A DNA stretch of 58,492 nt, filler included, from Dugesia japonica (GCA_001938525.1; 5 parts of 5 records of this genome joined end to end with filler, not necessarily neighbours in it), one strand, 5' to 3'. Shown: positions 26,655 through 37,165, counted from the whole stretch's first letter. Numbers and translations: made by a program. Notes: a model not told the origin generated them from the letters alone.

Positions 26655-28265
26655 GTAGGACATGCAGTACCGGAACCGGTATTCCGGGATTTGGAACAAA
26701 AAAAGACCTTCGTTATTCCCGATACCAGATCATAAAAAAACAATTTTTGCAAAAATATTTGAATAATATGTAGTAATGAAACTTTTTATTGATTACAAAA
26801 TCAGTATTTGTATTATGCCTTTTTATTCATTGTGATTTCAATTCCGTTTTGATTCGTAAAAATTAAAAATTTAGCTATTAAATTTAAATCTGAACGTAAT
26901 GTACAATTAATTAGTTTTATTATATACTTAGTTAACTATTACTATTTTAAAATTATCCTTCAATGAACAAGAAAAATTTATCACCTTTAGTGCTTTAGGA
27001 AAGTTAATGCTGCTGGTGTTTGTAAACTTGATAGTTGTGCAAGTAAAATAAAAACTGCTTGGGGTTCTACTAGTGAATTACATAAATATTTGAAGTTTCA
27101 TCATGGTATAAATTTTCTCAAACGAGAGTATTGACAGTAAAATTGATAATAGTAAAATAGTAAACTAATGAAAATAAAAAGCAAACAATTAACTTCTATT
27201 TTAAAAGAAATTCAGATGATTCATTAAAAGCTATCATTTCAAGTATAGTGGCAAAGAATGGACTATTATTAAGAAAATTTTGCACCTCTACTGATCTTCG
27301 TAATATGCTTACATTAAAGGGTGAAGATATTCTTAAGTCTACTAATAAAATTTAGAAAATTGTAATGACGTGCGCAAATAATATACGAGAACAAATTATC
27401 AGCGAAATTCAAATTTTGAAAAACACAAATAAAAACTTTAGTATTACTTTGGACTAATGATCCACAGATCAATTACCAACAGTAAATTCACTGCAGTTGT
27501 CATCTATCATTAATCCATTGATTGAAAAAATTCGTAGACTCACCCAAAAAAACGACATACTGCAAAAGTACGTTTCATCACAATTTAATAAAGAATTTGC
27601 AGTAATTTTGGATGCAAAAAAAGATGGAATAGTTTACTTAGTATATTGGAACGGTTCTATAAAGTTCGTGATAGAATAAGGAAGGCAATATTTGATGTAG
27701 ATGCTAATTATAATTTTTCGAAAAAAGTGATGACATTATTGGATGAGATAATTTTGGCATTACCACGAATAAAACTACAGTTTAATCACTTTGTTGTTAA
27801 AATTCTAATTTTTTAACTGCTTATGTTGCTTTAACATTTATGTTTGATAAATTATCGAAGCAAAATAATGTTATTTNTGAAGAATCGAAACAAAATTTTA
27901 TTGTTTATATTAAAGTATATTCTGATGTAATAGAGTTTTTACATAATTCTAACAGAGAAGCAGAAAGCCATGATTATGATATTTTCAATAAATCGACAAG
28001 AATAAACTTAAGAAAATAAATTGTGGAATTGGCAGATCGTTTGATTGAACACGATAAAATCATAGACGAAGATTTTGAACTGGACGAAAGTATACTGGAA
28101 TTCAGTAGTCATTTAACATTAAAGAAGTTAAATCTTATGATTTAAAAGAAAGTTTATTCTGAATTCAAAACCAAACACACTATGTCAACTTCAATTAGTT
28201 CTCTATCTCAAATTATAAAAAATGATATAAAATTGCTTGTTCAGCAAGGCATCAAAGGGGGATAA
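26655..28265 (+). mobile_element. Decayed hAT (Ac-like) transposon
   Basis: TAGGACATGCAGTACCGG terminus, BED finger CKLDSC...GSTSELHKYLKFHH and FSITLD (first catalytic D). Confidence 0.8.
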
Positions 28266-28518
28266 CTTAAAAGTTTTGGATAGCGCCTTATTTTGATTTC
28301 AAATCGAACGATTTAAAAGAGATACAGACTTCATTTCTGAAATTTTAACCTCATTTATAATAGACGATAATAGAAACTTTTGCTTATTATAATATTAAAT
28401 GGATAGAAATGAAAAATATAAACTATATTAAATATTTTAAAAGATGAACAAATACAGAAAGTTCATGTATTTAAACAAGTACATTTAAATTTAACTTTAA
28501 ATACAATAATTGCTGGTA

Positions 28519-29460
28519 TTAACCAAATGTTGTTACTCGAGAATCTTGATTTATTTCTTTGTTACATCGTAAAAGGTTGTAAATTTTGGTTTTTATGAAA
28601 GCATTTCCAGAAATATAAATGACTGGATTTATTAAAATATTTAAATAAAATAAATAGTACATTAAGTAACTCATGCCTGGAACTGCCCCTGAATTTGATA
28701 AAACAATTGGTATCAAACTTATGGTATATAAAAGCGTTATTATAAATATAAGTCTTCCAAATTTAATAATTTTTTGAAATGCCTTTAAATCCGTTTGGTT
28801 TTCTTTTTTCAATTTGCTATTTCCTATTTTCAAGGAATTTTTTGTTTTCCAAAAGAAATAAATAAAGAGGCTAATGTAAACTAAAATATTCGTTGATAAG
28901 AATATAAAGCATAATACACCATATGTAATTAGATAAAATAGTTTAAGAGATGTTTTTAGAGAACAGGCTAAATCAGTATAAAGTATACCACTAAAAATGA
29001 CATCACAAGAAATACCAATCACATAATAAATAAATATTATAATTTTCATCTTACCAACATTCCATTTAACAGTTGTGGGTAATATAACTGCCAAAAATCT
29101 ATCAACAGCCATGAAAGTAAGGGAAATTACTTCGTATCCTAAAATAACATTTCGAGGCGAAAAAAATAAAATAAGATAAGCGGAATCTGTTTTTGGTTCA
29201 TATTTAATCAAAAATATATTTACAATTAATATTATTGACATGGTAATATCAGTAAAATTCAGCGATTTCATTATAAAATTAAATGTTTTTCGTTTCCCAA
29301 GTATTCGATTATCATTTTTATTGTACTGAAAACAAAGATATATATTTAAAGGAAACCCAATTGAAAGGATGAAACCGTAAAATATAAAAAATTCCAAACC
29401 TGCATTGTCTCTATTGCCCAAACTTTGTAATGAAATGCAAATTGCCATTTTATTTGACAT
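28519..29460 (-). CDS. Single-exon class A (rhodopsin-like) orphan GPCR, 313 aa
   Basis: Intact ORF with about 7 hydrophobic segments: TM1 GFPLN, TM2 LNFTD, TM3 MAVDRF and TM7 INPVIY. Confidence 0.9.
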   Translation of the reverse strand: MSNKMAICISLQSLGNRDNAGLEFFIFYGFILSIGFPLNIYLCFQYNKNDNRILGKRKTFNFIMKSLNFTDITMSIILIVNIFLIKYEPKTDSAYLILFFSPRNVILGYEVISLTFMAVDRFLAVILPTTVKWNVGKMKIIIFIYYVIGISCDVIFSGILYTDLACSLKTSLKLFYLITYGVLCFIFLSTNILVYISLFIYFFWKTKNSLKIGNSKLKKENQTDLKAFQKIIKFGRLIFIITLLYTISLIPIVLSNSGAVPGMSYLMYYLFYLNILINPVIYISGNAFIKTKIYNLLRCNKEINQDSRVTTFG

Positions 29461-30219
29461 TCGATTAGAATTTTAATATATATGTAATAAGAACCAATAA
29501 ACGTTTAGTTTAACTAATTAGTATTTTAACTTTTCATAAAAAATAATTAAATTATAAAATTTTAATGTTTGTAATATTACAATGCTCTATTTTAACTTTT
29601 TAGAGAATGAAGTCAGTTAAATTTCCATTAAAAGACTACATCTAAAAATATTATTTTGATTAAAAAATCTAATTGCAGACATCAATAAGTATCAATTAAG
29701 TGGTTCAATGTAGTAATTTTTTGTACATTTTTGTTAATAAAATTCATAACCATGTTTCAGTTCAAAATCAAGATTGTGTAGCTATTTACAGTAAATTATC
29801 TTTTCAACAAAATTTTTTTTTCAACTAATTTTAACTTATGTCAACCAAAACTCAATCAATTAAATTTATGAAAGTGATTTAAACTTATTTTTTTCATTAG
29901 CTTTGTGAATACAGTAAAAGTAACAGACGCAAGGTCCAAGCTCTCCTCAAATTGTTGTATTTACCATAAACGATAATTATAAAGAGAATGTGTATATGAG
30001 ATGTAATAAGTTTTAATCACATTATAAATGTTCTGTAAGGCTCTCATAAGTGCCTCTGATGCATACANNNNNNNNNNNNNNNNNNNNNNNNNNNNNNNNN
30101 NNNNNNNNNNNNNNNNNNNNNNNNNNNNNNNNNNNNNNNNNNNNNNNNNNNNNNNNNNNNNNNNNNNNNNNNNNNNNNNNNNNNNNNNNNNNNNNNNNNN
30201 NAAATGAACTTTCATGATT

Positions 30220-30650
30220 TCACTTGAGCAATGAACTGCAGATTAATATTCGATCGATTAAACGTTTTTCATTTAAATAGTGTGGCACACAAATATCATA
30301 ACGAGACACATAATCCATCTTAAGCAAATGGTTTGAAATGGTCTTTTGAGATAGATTGACAATATTTGCAATCTCACGCGTTGTATAATATGGGTTTTTC
30401 TTAATCAAACCTACGATTTGTTCAGTCTCTGTCACCAATGGTCTATCTGAACGTTCACCATCTTCACATGTTATATCACCGACACGAAACATTTGAAACC
30501 AGTTCTGACATACGCGTTCACTCACGACACTTTCCCCATACACCTCACAAATTTTCATTTTGGTTTGCATTGAATTTTTTTTCTTTACGGAAATAAAATA
30601 ACATCAAACAACGAAAATATTGATTCTTGTTTTCCTATAATTTCAACTCA
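30220..30650 (-). mobile_element. Mariner transposase N-terminal half
   Basis: ICEVYGESVVSERVCQNWFQMFR...EDGERSDRP, TTREIA and ICVPHYL (WVPHEL-like). Confidence 0.9.
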
Positions 30651-31565
30651 TTAAAATTAATTTTTTAAAGAATAAGGTACTGTTAAGGTTAATGGAGCGC
30701 AATAAGATGGTTGGGGTTCGATTAATTTCTTTTCTATCAATTTTCTATTGTTTTTGTATTTTATTTGATATAGAAGTTTGTAGAGCCCGGTAGCGTTTCC
30801 TGTCCAATGTATCTCAACCGGGATGTATGTTTTATGAATAGTGTGTTTTCAACACACTGATTAAAATATATAAAAGACAATAATAAACAAATAATCAACC
30901 GTAAAAATGTATAGGTTTTATTATTTAACTAAACAAAGAATAAAAATAAATTACTGTTCGCTGTTTCATTTCTTCACTTTAATTTCACTGAAAAGTTTAG
31001 TATTGATAGCATCATAAATTGGGCAGCAATGAACAATATCAATCAGATAAGTGCCGACTAAGATTTGATTTCGCAAAGTTTTAACAATAACTTGTTCTGG
31101 TGACTGTTCGGGGATTTGAGCTTTAAACTTTGTACGCGGTAGCCTGAATTTAATTTTAATAATTTCAATCTAAAATTATAAATTTAATTTTTTAAATTCC
31201 AATTTTGTAAATCTCTTCATTTTAAAAGTTTTAAATCCAATTTTTTCTGACCGTTGCCAAGTTGTCCAATTTATTATTTTCTTTTCAATTTTTTATTTAA
31301 AATCAATACTTTTTTATTGACGCATTTATTTATTACTATATTTTTATTATTATTATACATATGTGTATAATATGGACATAATATCAGTATGTCCATATAA
31401 TAATTTTTATAATAATTTTTTTTAAAAAAAAATATAAAAGAGTACATAACGAGTACTTACAATGAGCGCGCTAGTTTGAATATTAATACAAATATATTTA
31501 AATAATCAAAGAACAATGGCAATCTTTTAATAAAAACTTTTAAACGCCATTTCAATATATATTTC

Positions 31566-31608
31566 TGCATTACATGTTTCGACAGCATAATTGTCATCTT
31601 CGGATACA
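31566..31608 (-). ncRNA. Minimal type I hammerhead ribozyme (Penelope/retrozyme type) with a U4C core change
   Basis: Minus strand reads TGTAT-CCGAAGA-T-GACA[ATTATGC]TGTC-GAAA-CATG-TA-ATGCA. It has a 5-bp stem I, a 4-bp stem II, the palindrome ACATGT and a GUA cleavage triplet. Confidence 0.75.
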
Positions 31609-33603
31609 ATAATAATTCTTTTTTTGAAAATTTTTTTTTTAAACAATATTTATTTCTTTTTGTCATTTTTTTAAAAATTATTATACATAAAAAATTCTCA
31701 TTATGTAAACAATTATGCAATCTATCTAATAAATCCAATTAATTAAAAACATTCAATAAAGATTTAGAAAGACNNNNNNNNNNNNNNNNNNNNNNNNNNN
31801 NNNNNNNNNNNNNNNNNTTAATTAATTAANNNNNNNNNNNNNNNNNNNNNNNNNNNNNNNNNNNNNNNNNNNNTCGTCCGCTCATTGGTTCCTGGAGTCA
31901 GATTTTCTCGAATCTTGGAAATGATCGCACCACAACTTTGCTTGCCTTCATGCGCGATTGATTGGCAACGAATTTGGAAAACCAAATTCGTGTCGTCAAG
32001 TGGATGCTCTAGTGATACTGTCTGGTTTTCCAACTTATTCATCGCTTGGAAAAACCAGACATAAACATGACTGGACCATATTAAGTTAACTTCTAAATAA
32101 TATTAAACGCTTATTAGCGTTATTTATAATAACGATAATGGGTCGTAGAGGGCCTTTTTACATTTTATTATAGTATTTTCTATTATTTTTATTATTTATC
32201 TTATTATTTCCTACTTGTGCATCCAAATTTGGGTCTTCTAAGCCCAATTTTCATTTTTTCCCGTTTCAATAATAATCGTATAATAATTATAATAATAATA
32301 ATTACATAATAATAANNNNNNNNNNNNNNNNNNNNNNNNNNNNNNNNNNNNNNNNNNNNNNNNNNNNNNNNNNNNNNNNNNNNNNNNNNNNNNNNNNNNN
32401 NNNATTTTCGTATTATTTGGGGATGCTTTGTTAGCTCTTTTGCACTAAAATTATATGTTCTAGCCCAACAATAGTAACACTTATGAAAATATCAAGGGAA
32501 AAATAAATCGAAATAAATAGAAAAAATAAAAAAAGAAAATGATTAGTAAAATTAAATATAAGAATAAAGAAAGGAAAAATAATGAAAAAGTAATGAGTTT
32601 ACATTAAACAAAAAAGAAAAACAAAGAGTAAAAAAAGTGGTAGCATTTGTCTTAAAATAAAAAGTGTAGAAAAAGAAAATATATATTTAAACGATATAAA
32701 AATTTTAGAGAATAAATAAAAAATGAACGGCTAATAAATATATTCAAAAGGCGAAAGTTTACTTAATTAATTCAAAATGACGAAGAAAACCAAACGAAAG
32801 TACAAAAACAGCAAAACTTATATAATAAAGGATGGCTCATTATATTAGATAGTTAGAATTTGAATGAAGAAAATAGTGTAAATAAGAGCAGACCAAAATG
32901 TGAATGGAAAGTGGTCTACGGAAGTCAACAATCAAAATACCATGTATGTAAAAAATGACAGATAATAAAATAAAAAACAATAGCGTAAGATTATAAATTC
33001 GTAAATAATGAACAAATAACAAAAAATTTCAAATTAAACAAATGAAGAAAAGAGTTGAAGCAAAATATAGTATTAAAAATATTATATAAAATTGGGAAAT
33101 CAAAAATAAATTCTTAGTATTAAAAATGGGTTACTGAAATAATTTCGACAATGAAATAATTTGACGTTGAAATTAATTTTGTTAATCATTTTGAGATTAA
33201 TTTTTCTATAGTTATTTCAACAGTCATTAAATATAAAAATTCTAAATAATTACGAATGTGTGAGAGTATTGTTTATATTTATTTCATAGGCAAAATTATT
33301 TCATTTTCAAAATTAATTCATTTCAGTAACCCGTTTTTACACTTTGAATTTATTTTTAATAAATTTGTTGGGGTCCTACCTGAGATGAGTGAAAAAGATT
33401 GTGGCTGGGGAAAAACAGCCCTCAGGGGACCCGTCCAAGAATTTGCCCTGACGCCCCTAGGTCAGGTACTCAGCATATGGTGGTTGACCTCACTCTTAAT
33501 GNGGTGCACGCCCATAAGCCTTTTTATTCGGGTTTACCAGTTTTCCCTTAACATACACAAAAATTTAAGCCAGTGATACTTGAAACATTTATTACAATAA
33601 TAT

Positions 33604-33867
33604 TTACAATTCGTCTAGTACGCTGAGGTCCAACCACTGGTCTGGGTTGGTAGCCAAAAAGTTGAACACCGCGATATCATCGTCGTCGTCCCATTGAATC
33701 ACATCTGGATTACCGATCTGACGGGAAAGGTCAGCGATATATTGTTTTAAAAAGTCTATCTTTCTAAGCAGTAGTTGCTTGTTTTCTGTTCCAGGGCTTT
33801 GGTTTGGGCCACCAAATCGTTTTGTTTTCGAACTATCAAATCCAACTTTTTTATGAGTTTGTCTCAC
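33604..33867 (-). CDS. Cassette ORF E, 87 aa, with KKVGF and an acidic/hydrophobic C-terminus
   Basis: Open frame with no ATG that begins at CCCAG|TG. AATAAA lies at 33593-33588. Confidence 0.55.
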   Translation of the reverse strand: MRQTHKKVGFDSSKTKRFGGPNQSPGTENKQLLLRKIDFLKQYIADLSRQIGNPDVIQWDDDDDIAVFNFLATNPDQWLDLSVLDEL

Positions 33868-33986
33868 TGGGCGAGATGCCTAAGAAGGGCCTGGTCTGTT
33901 TTACGTTTTAAGTGGCGTTCTAGCAATAGACGGCGCATGATACGGTGACATCTCCTCAGACTAGTCGGGAACACGATTCGAGGCAC
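33864..33986 (-). CDS. Cassette ORF D, 40 aa, Arg/Leu-rich
   Basis: Begins at the strong acceptor TTTTCTTTAG|TG. Its stop overlaps the start of ORF E. Confidence 0.4.
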   Translation of the reverse strand: MPRIVFPTSLRRCHRIMRRLLLERHLKRKTDQALLRHLAQ

Positions 33987-34102
33987 TAAAGAAAAATTAT
34001 AGTACAGTCGGTGAACACCAAATTTACAATTCGAAGAAACCAAGTAAAAAATATGCAAATAAATAATTTATTAAAGTCAATCAAAAATGTAAACATGATA
34101 AC

Positions 34103-34462
34103 TCAGGAGCTGTTAGTCTGAGTGCTTTTATCGATCAAGAGGGGAGTCAAAGGGGTAGCTGCCCTCAACTTCAATATATTTTCCAATAGTTGATTCTCAC
34201 GCTCCTGATAAGATTTGATAGTTTCAGTAAAAGTTTCGACCTGTGTTTTCCATACCCTCTCTTGATGCTGGGTGGCGTCTGCTTCAGATTTATAAGACAA
34301 GCCTTTACGCTTATAGCGTTTAACCTTGGCTTCTGCTGCCGCAGTCTCCGCTTCCCATCGCCTTTTAGCGAGCCGATACAAATCCCATGTGAGCTCTATG
34401 TCCTCACTGGTTTCACGTAACTTTTTATTCGGGGCCTGGGATCTACTCAATGATGAATGCAC
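34103..34462 (-). CDS. Cassette ORF C, 119 aa, coiled-coil-like protein ending in DKSTQT
   Basis: Open frame with no ATG that begins at TATTTCAG|TG. AATAAA lies at 34072-34067. Confidence 0.65.
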   Translation of the reverse strand: MHSSLSRSQAPNKKLRETSEDIELTWDLYRLAKRRWEAETAAAEAKVKRYKRKGLSYKSEADATQHQERVWKTQVETFTETIKSYQERENQLLENILKLRAATPLTPLLIDKSTQTNSS

Positions 34463-34757
34463 TGAAATACAAACACATTAAAGGATGGCAGACTCTTAGC
34501 AGATTTATAATTTTAATAAATGTGGACAGACTGGTTTACCATGGACAAAAATAACAACGAGTGGAGTATGTAATATTTAGTCTGTGTAACAACCTTACAT
34601 TGAAATATTATTATTTTTTTTTTAACATGAAGACTATGAAATCCGATAACATATGGTTATTAAAGCAGAAATTTATTTTAATCGACGTATAAAGATATAA
34701 CATAAATTAACAGTAAGTAAGACACCTATTTATTCACATTCTACACAGAAATAAGGT

Positions 34758-35114
34758 TTATTGGTTATTATTATTCGTGACAACAATGGGTGCTGTGTTT
34801 TCGATATCCGTCACTACGGTTGGCTCCCTAACCCCCCAGAGTAGATTAGATATGAAAGCCTGCACCGCGGGAGTTGGAGCGGGAGTGGGAGGCCGATTAT
34901 GGAAAGATGTCGCTAATGTTCGATCAGGACCTTTCCAGGTTTGGTAACGCTGACGCTCGCCAAAGTCTTTTATGCGCGCTACGATGGATTCCACTGGGGG
35001 CAAATTTGACCTGTCGGCCAAGATGCCCACGTCACGATTGTGGGTGTTGTGGTGACAGCGGAAGATTATTTGGCTAGTTTGTCTATCGATTACTCGTTCC
35101 CATATAGATTCCAT
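34758..35114 (-). CDS. Cassette ORF B, 118 aa (MESIWERVIDR...), with a Pro/Thr-rich segment
   Basis: ATG lies 2 nt after the acceptor TTTTTTCCTAG. GC-richer than the flanks. AATAAA at the stop and at 34734-34729. Confidence 0.65.
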   Translation of the reverse strand: MESIWERVIDRQTSQIIFRCHHNTHNRDVGILADRSNLPPVESIVARIKDFGERQRYQTWKGPDRTLATSFHNRPPTPAPTPAVQAFISNLLWGVREPTVVTDIENTAPIVVTNNNNQ

Positions 35115-35258
35115 ATCTAGGAAAAAAACTGAATAAATAGTAAAGTTAAAATAAAACAAAATTACGATATCAGAAACAATTAATAACAATAATAATCAAA
35201 ACATTGCAAAGGTTTATACACATTTTATTTTTTTCATAGGGAAATTAACCAGCCAAAA

Positions 35259-35441
35259 TCACTCTTTATCTAAATCTACCCCGTCGTCCGAGGGGAACAT
35301 TTCTGCTAGACAACAGAGGTCTGTCTCATCTGGGTGCTCTATTTTTCCTCTGGCCAGTAGGTGAGCCATTAACTGTTTTTTCCGACTAATTTGCCGCTGC
35401 TTTCTAATCCAACGTAGGGTATGATATAATTCTGCTGGCAT
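35259..35441 (-). CDS. Cassette ORF A, 60 aa, with a basic N-half and DLCCLAEMFPSDD
   Basis: ATG lies 1 nt after the acceptor TTCTTTAG. AATAAA at 35229-35224. Confidence 0.55.
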   Translation of the reverse strand: MPAELYHTLRWIRKQRQISRKKQLMAHLLARGKIEHPDETDLCCLAEMFPSDDGVDLDKE

Positions 35442-37144
35442 GCTAAAGAATGAAATCATTAACCGCAACATTCAACCCATGACTTAGTTCCCTAAAACTA
35501 ATAGTAGTCGCTGACTATTAATATCACTATGGGGTTTACGTCATTAAAAAGGTAATACCTAAAGGAATGATATTAATTTTGATTGTAATAGTCTTGTCAA
35601 GGAAATAATAATTGGTCTAACATCATCAATAATAACCATAAAAAGTAGTACCACAACATCAAGCAACAGGAACTGAATCATTTTGGCGTTAATAATATAG
35701 CAGAAGGAAAAATATTCCCCATAGTGTTCAAAAGCATGAGAATAATAATATTGACATCAGGAATGGCACCAATGTGGTTAATGGGAATCATAATTTTAAA
35801 TTTTCCATTCGATAGATATTATATTAAGAGGGTGATGCTACTCCGGATAAATTACTAGTAATAACACTAATGGTATAATTATATGGTGATTGTCACAAAA
35901 ATAGTGATAAAAATAAGGCCATTACTAATAGTAGTAATAATGATGATTTTAACAATAAGAAAACTATGAATCATAATAATTATAATAATTATAAAATTTT
36001 ATTTTTAAAACTTCTGCACGTCATCGTTGCTTGGTGATTTTCCCCTTTGATAACTGATTAAATTGATTTGCAACATGTCGGGGTGTGTAGGATTAGTCTC
36101 GGGTATGTGTGCAAGATCAGAGTTGAGCAACAACATCCAGTCAACATAATGAACACACACTCTAATAGTGTGCCTTTCGAGTTGGTGCACATGAAAATTC
36201 TACTGCCAGTTACAATTTAAGTGATGGATCACTGTTTCCTAGAAAAAATCATGAAATGCGATAATTATTTCCATTCCATGATAAAACTTGCTGCCATTCC
36301 GTATCAGTGAAATTCAGCCGATCAGAGCCCGTGATAGTCACATTGGCAGATACTTATCATTAAAACCTGTGGATTTATTATCATTTCGAAACAACTGAAG
36401 TAGTTTATTGTTTTGTTAAATAAATTTTTGAAATTTTATTTTTCTTCAATCACAATTTTGGCATTAAATTTTTGTTATAAAATGATGAAACACAAAAAAG
36501 GGAAAACAGGATGGATTCAACTTTTAGTTTATATTTTTACCACACAGGTAAGTATAAATTTGTTCAGATCTAAATTACCGGGTTTTAAGATATTTATTTA
36601 TTAATATTTTCTTTAATTTAACGAAGGTTAAAACGGAATCTACCGTAGAATGTCATTTAAGAGTCTAAGATTTTCATTTACTTTTCCATTATCATTCAAA
36701 GTTAACAGTAGTCTATTTAATATAAATTAATACGTTTAATTGACTAAATAATGAATTGAGATTTTAATATAAGTAATTTATTAGAAATAATAAACATCTA
36801 AAATTTTTCGATCATACAATTCTTTACATAATAAAATAATAATTTACTTCTTGATATCAACTGCGAATTTCTGCAACGGGTTTGGTTCAAGATTAAAGTT
36901 TCTCTTCCGATTTCGAGTGATGACTTTTCGAATAGATCGAAGTGAATTCTTCTTTTTTCTTTTTATAATTAATTTAATCAGAATCAAAAAGGGTGCTACT
37001 TTGATTTCCTTTTAAGGCGGAATTCAAATTTCTTCGTCCGCAGTTAATTAGTATAATACTATTCCTTCTCTTGATAATTTTTCGATTATGTGGTTTTGGA
37101 GTTCACAATTGTTATAAAAATTTGTTGTTTTTGATGCTAAATTC

Positions 37145-37165
37145 GGGGGTCCTTTTATAGGATTT
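37145..37165 (-). promoter_or_regulatory. TATA box (CCTATAAAAGG) oriented toward the cassette
   Basis: Consensus TATAAAA at 37159-37153 in a GC-flanked context, about 650 bp inside the right terminus. Confidence 0.55.

Noticed and set aside
31457-31738. 93-aa ORF
   Set aside because: Low-complexity AT-rich frame. Its only information-rich part is the hammerhead motif.
34103-34462. Flatworm spliced-leader AUG as the start codon for ORFs C, D and E
   Set aside because: AUG joined at these acceptors would be out of frame (for example ATG-TGC-ATT-CAT-CAT-TGA).
34190-35077. Plus-strand ORFs 34190-34420 and 34874-35077 (also 33256-33576)
   Set aside because: They are shadows of the GC-richer minus-strand ORFs or the terminal structure, with no ATG, acceptor or polyA pattern. 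The 33256 ORF crosses the element boundary.
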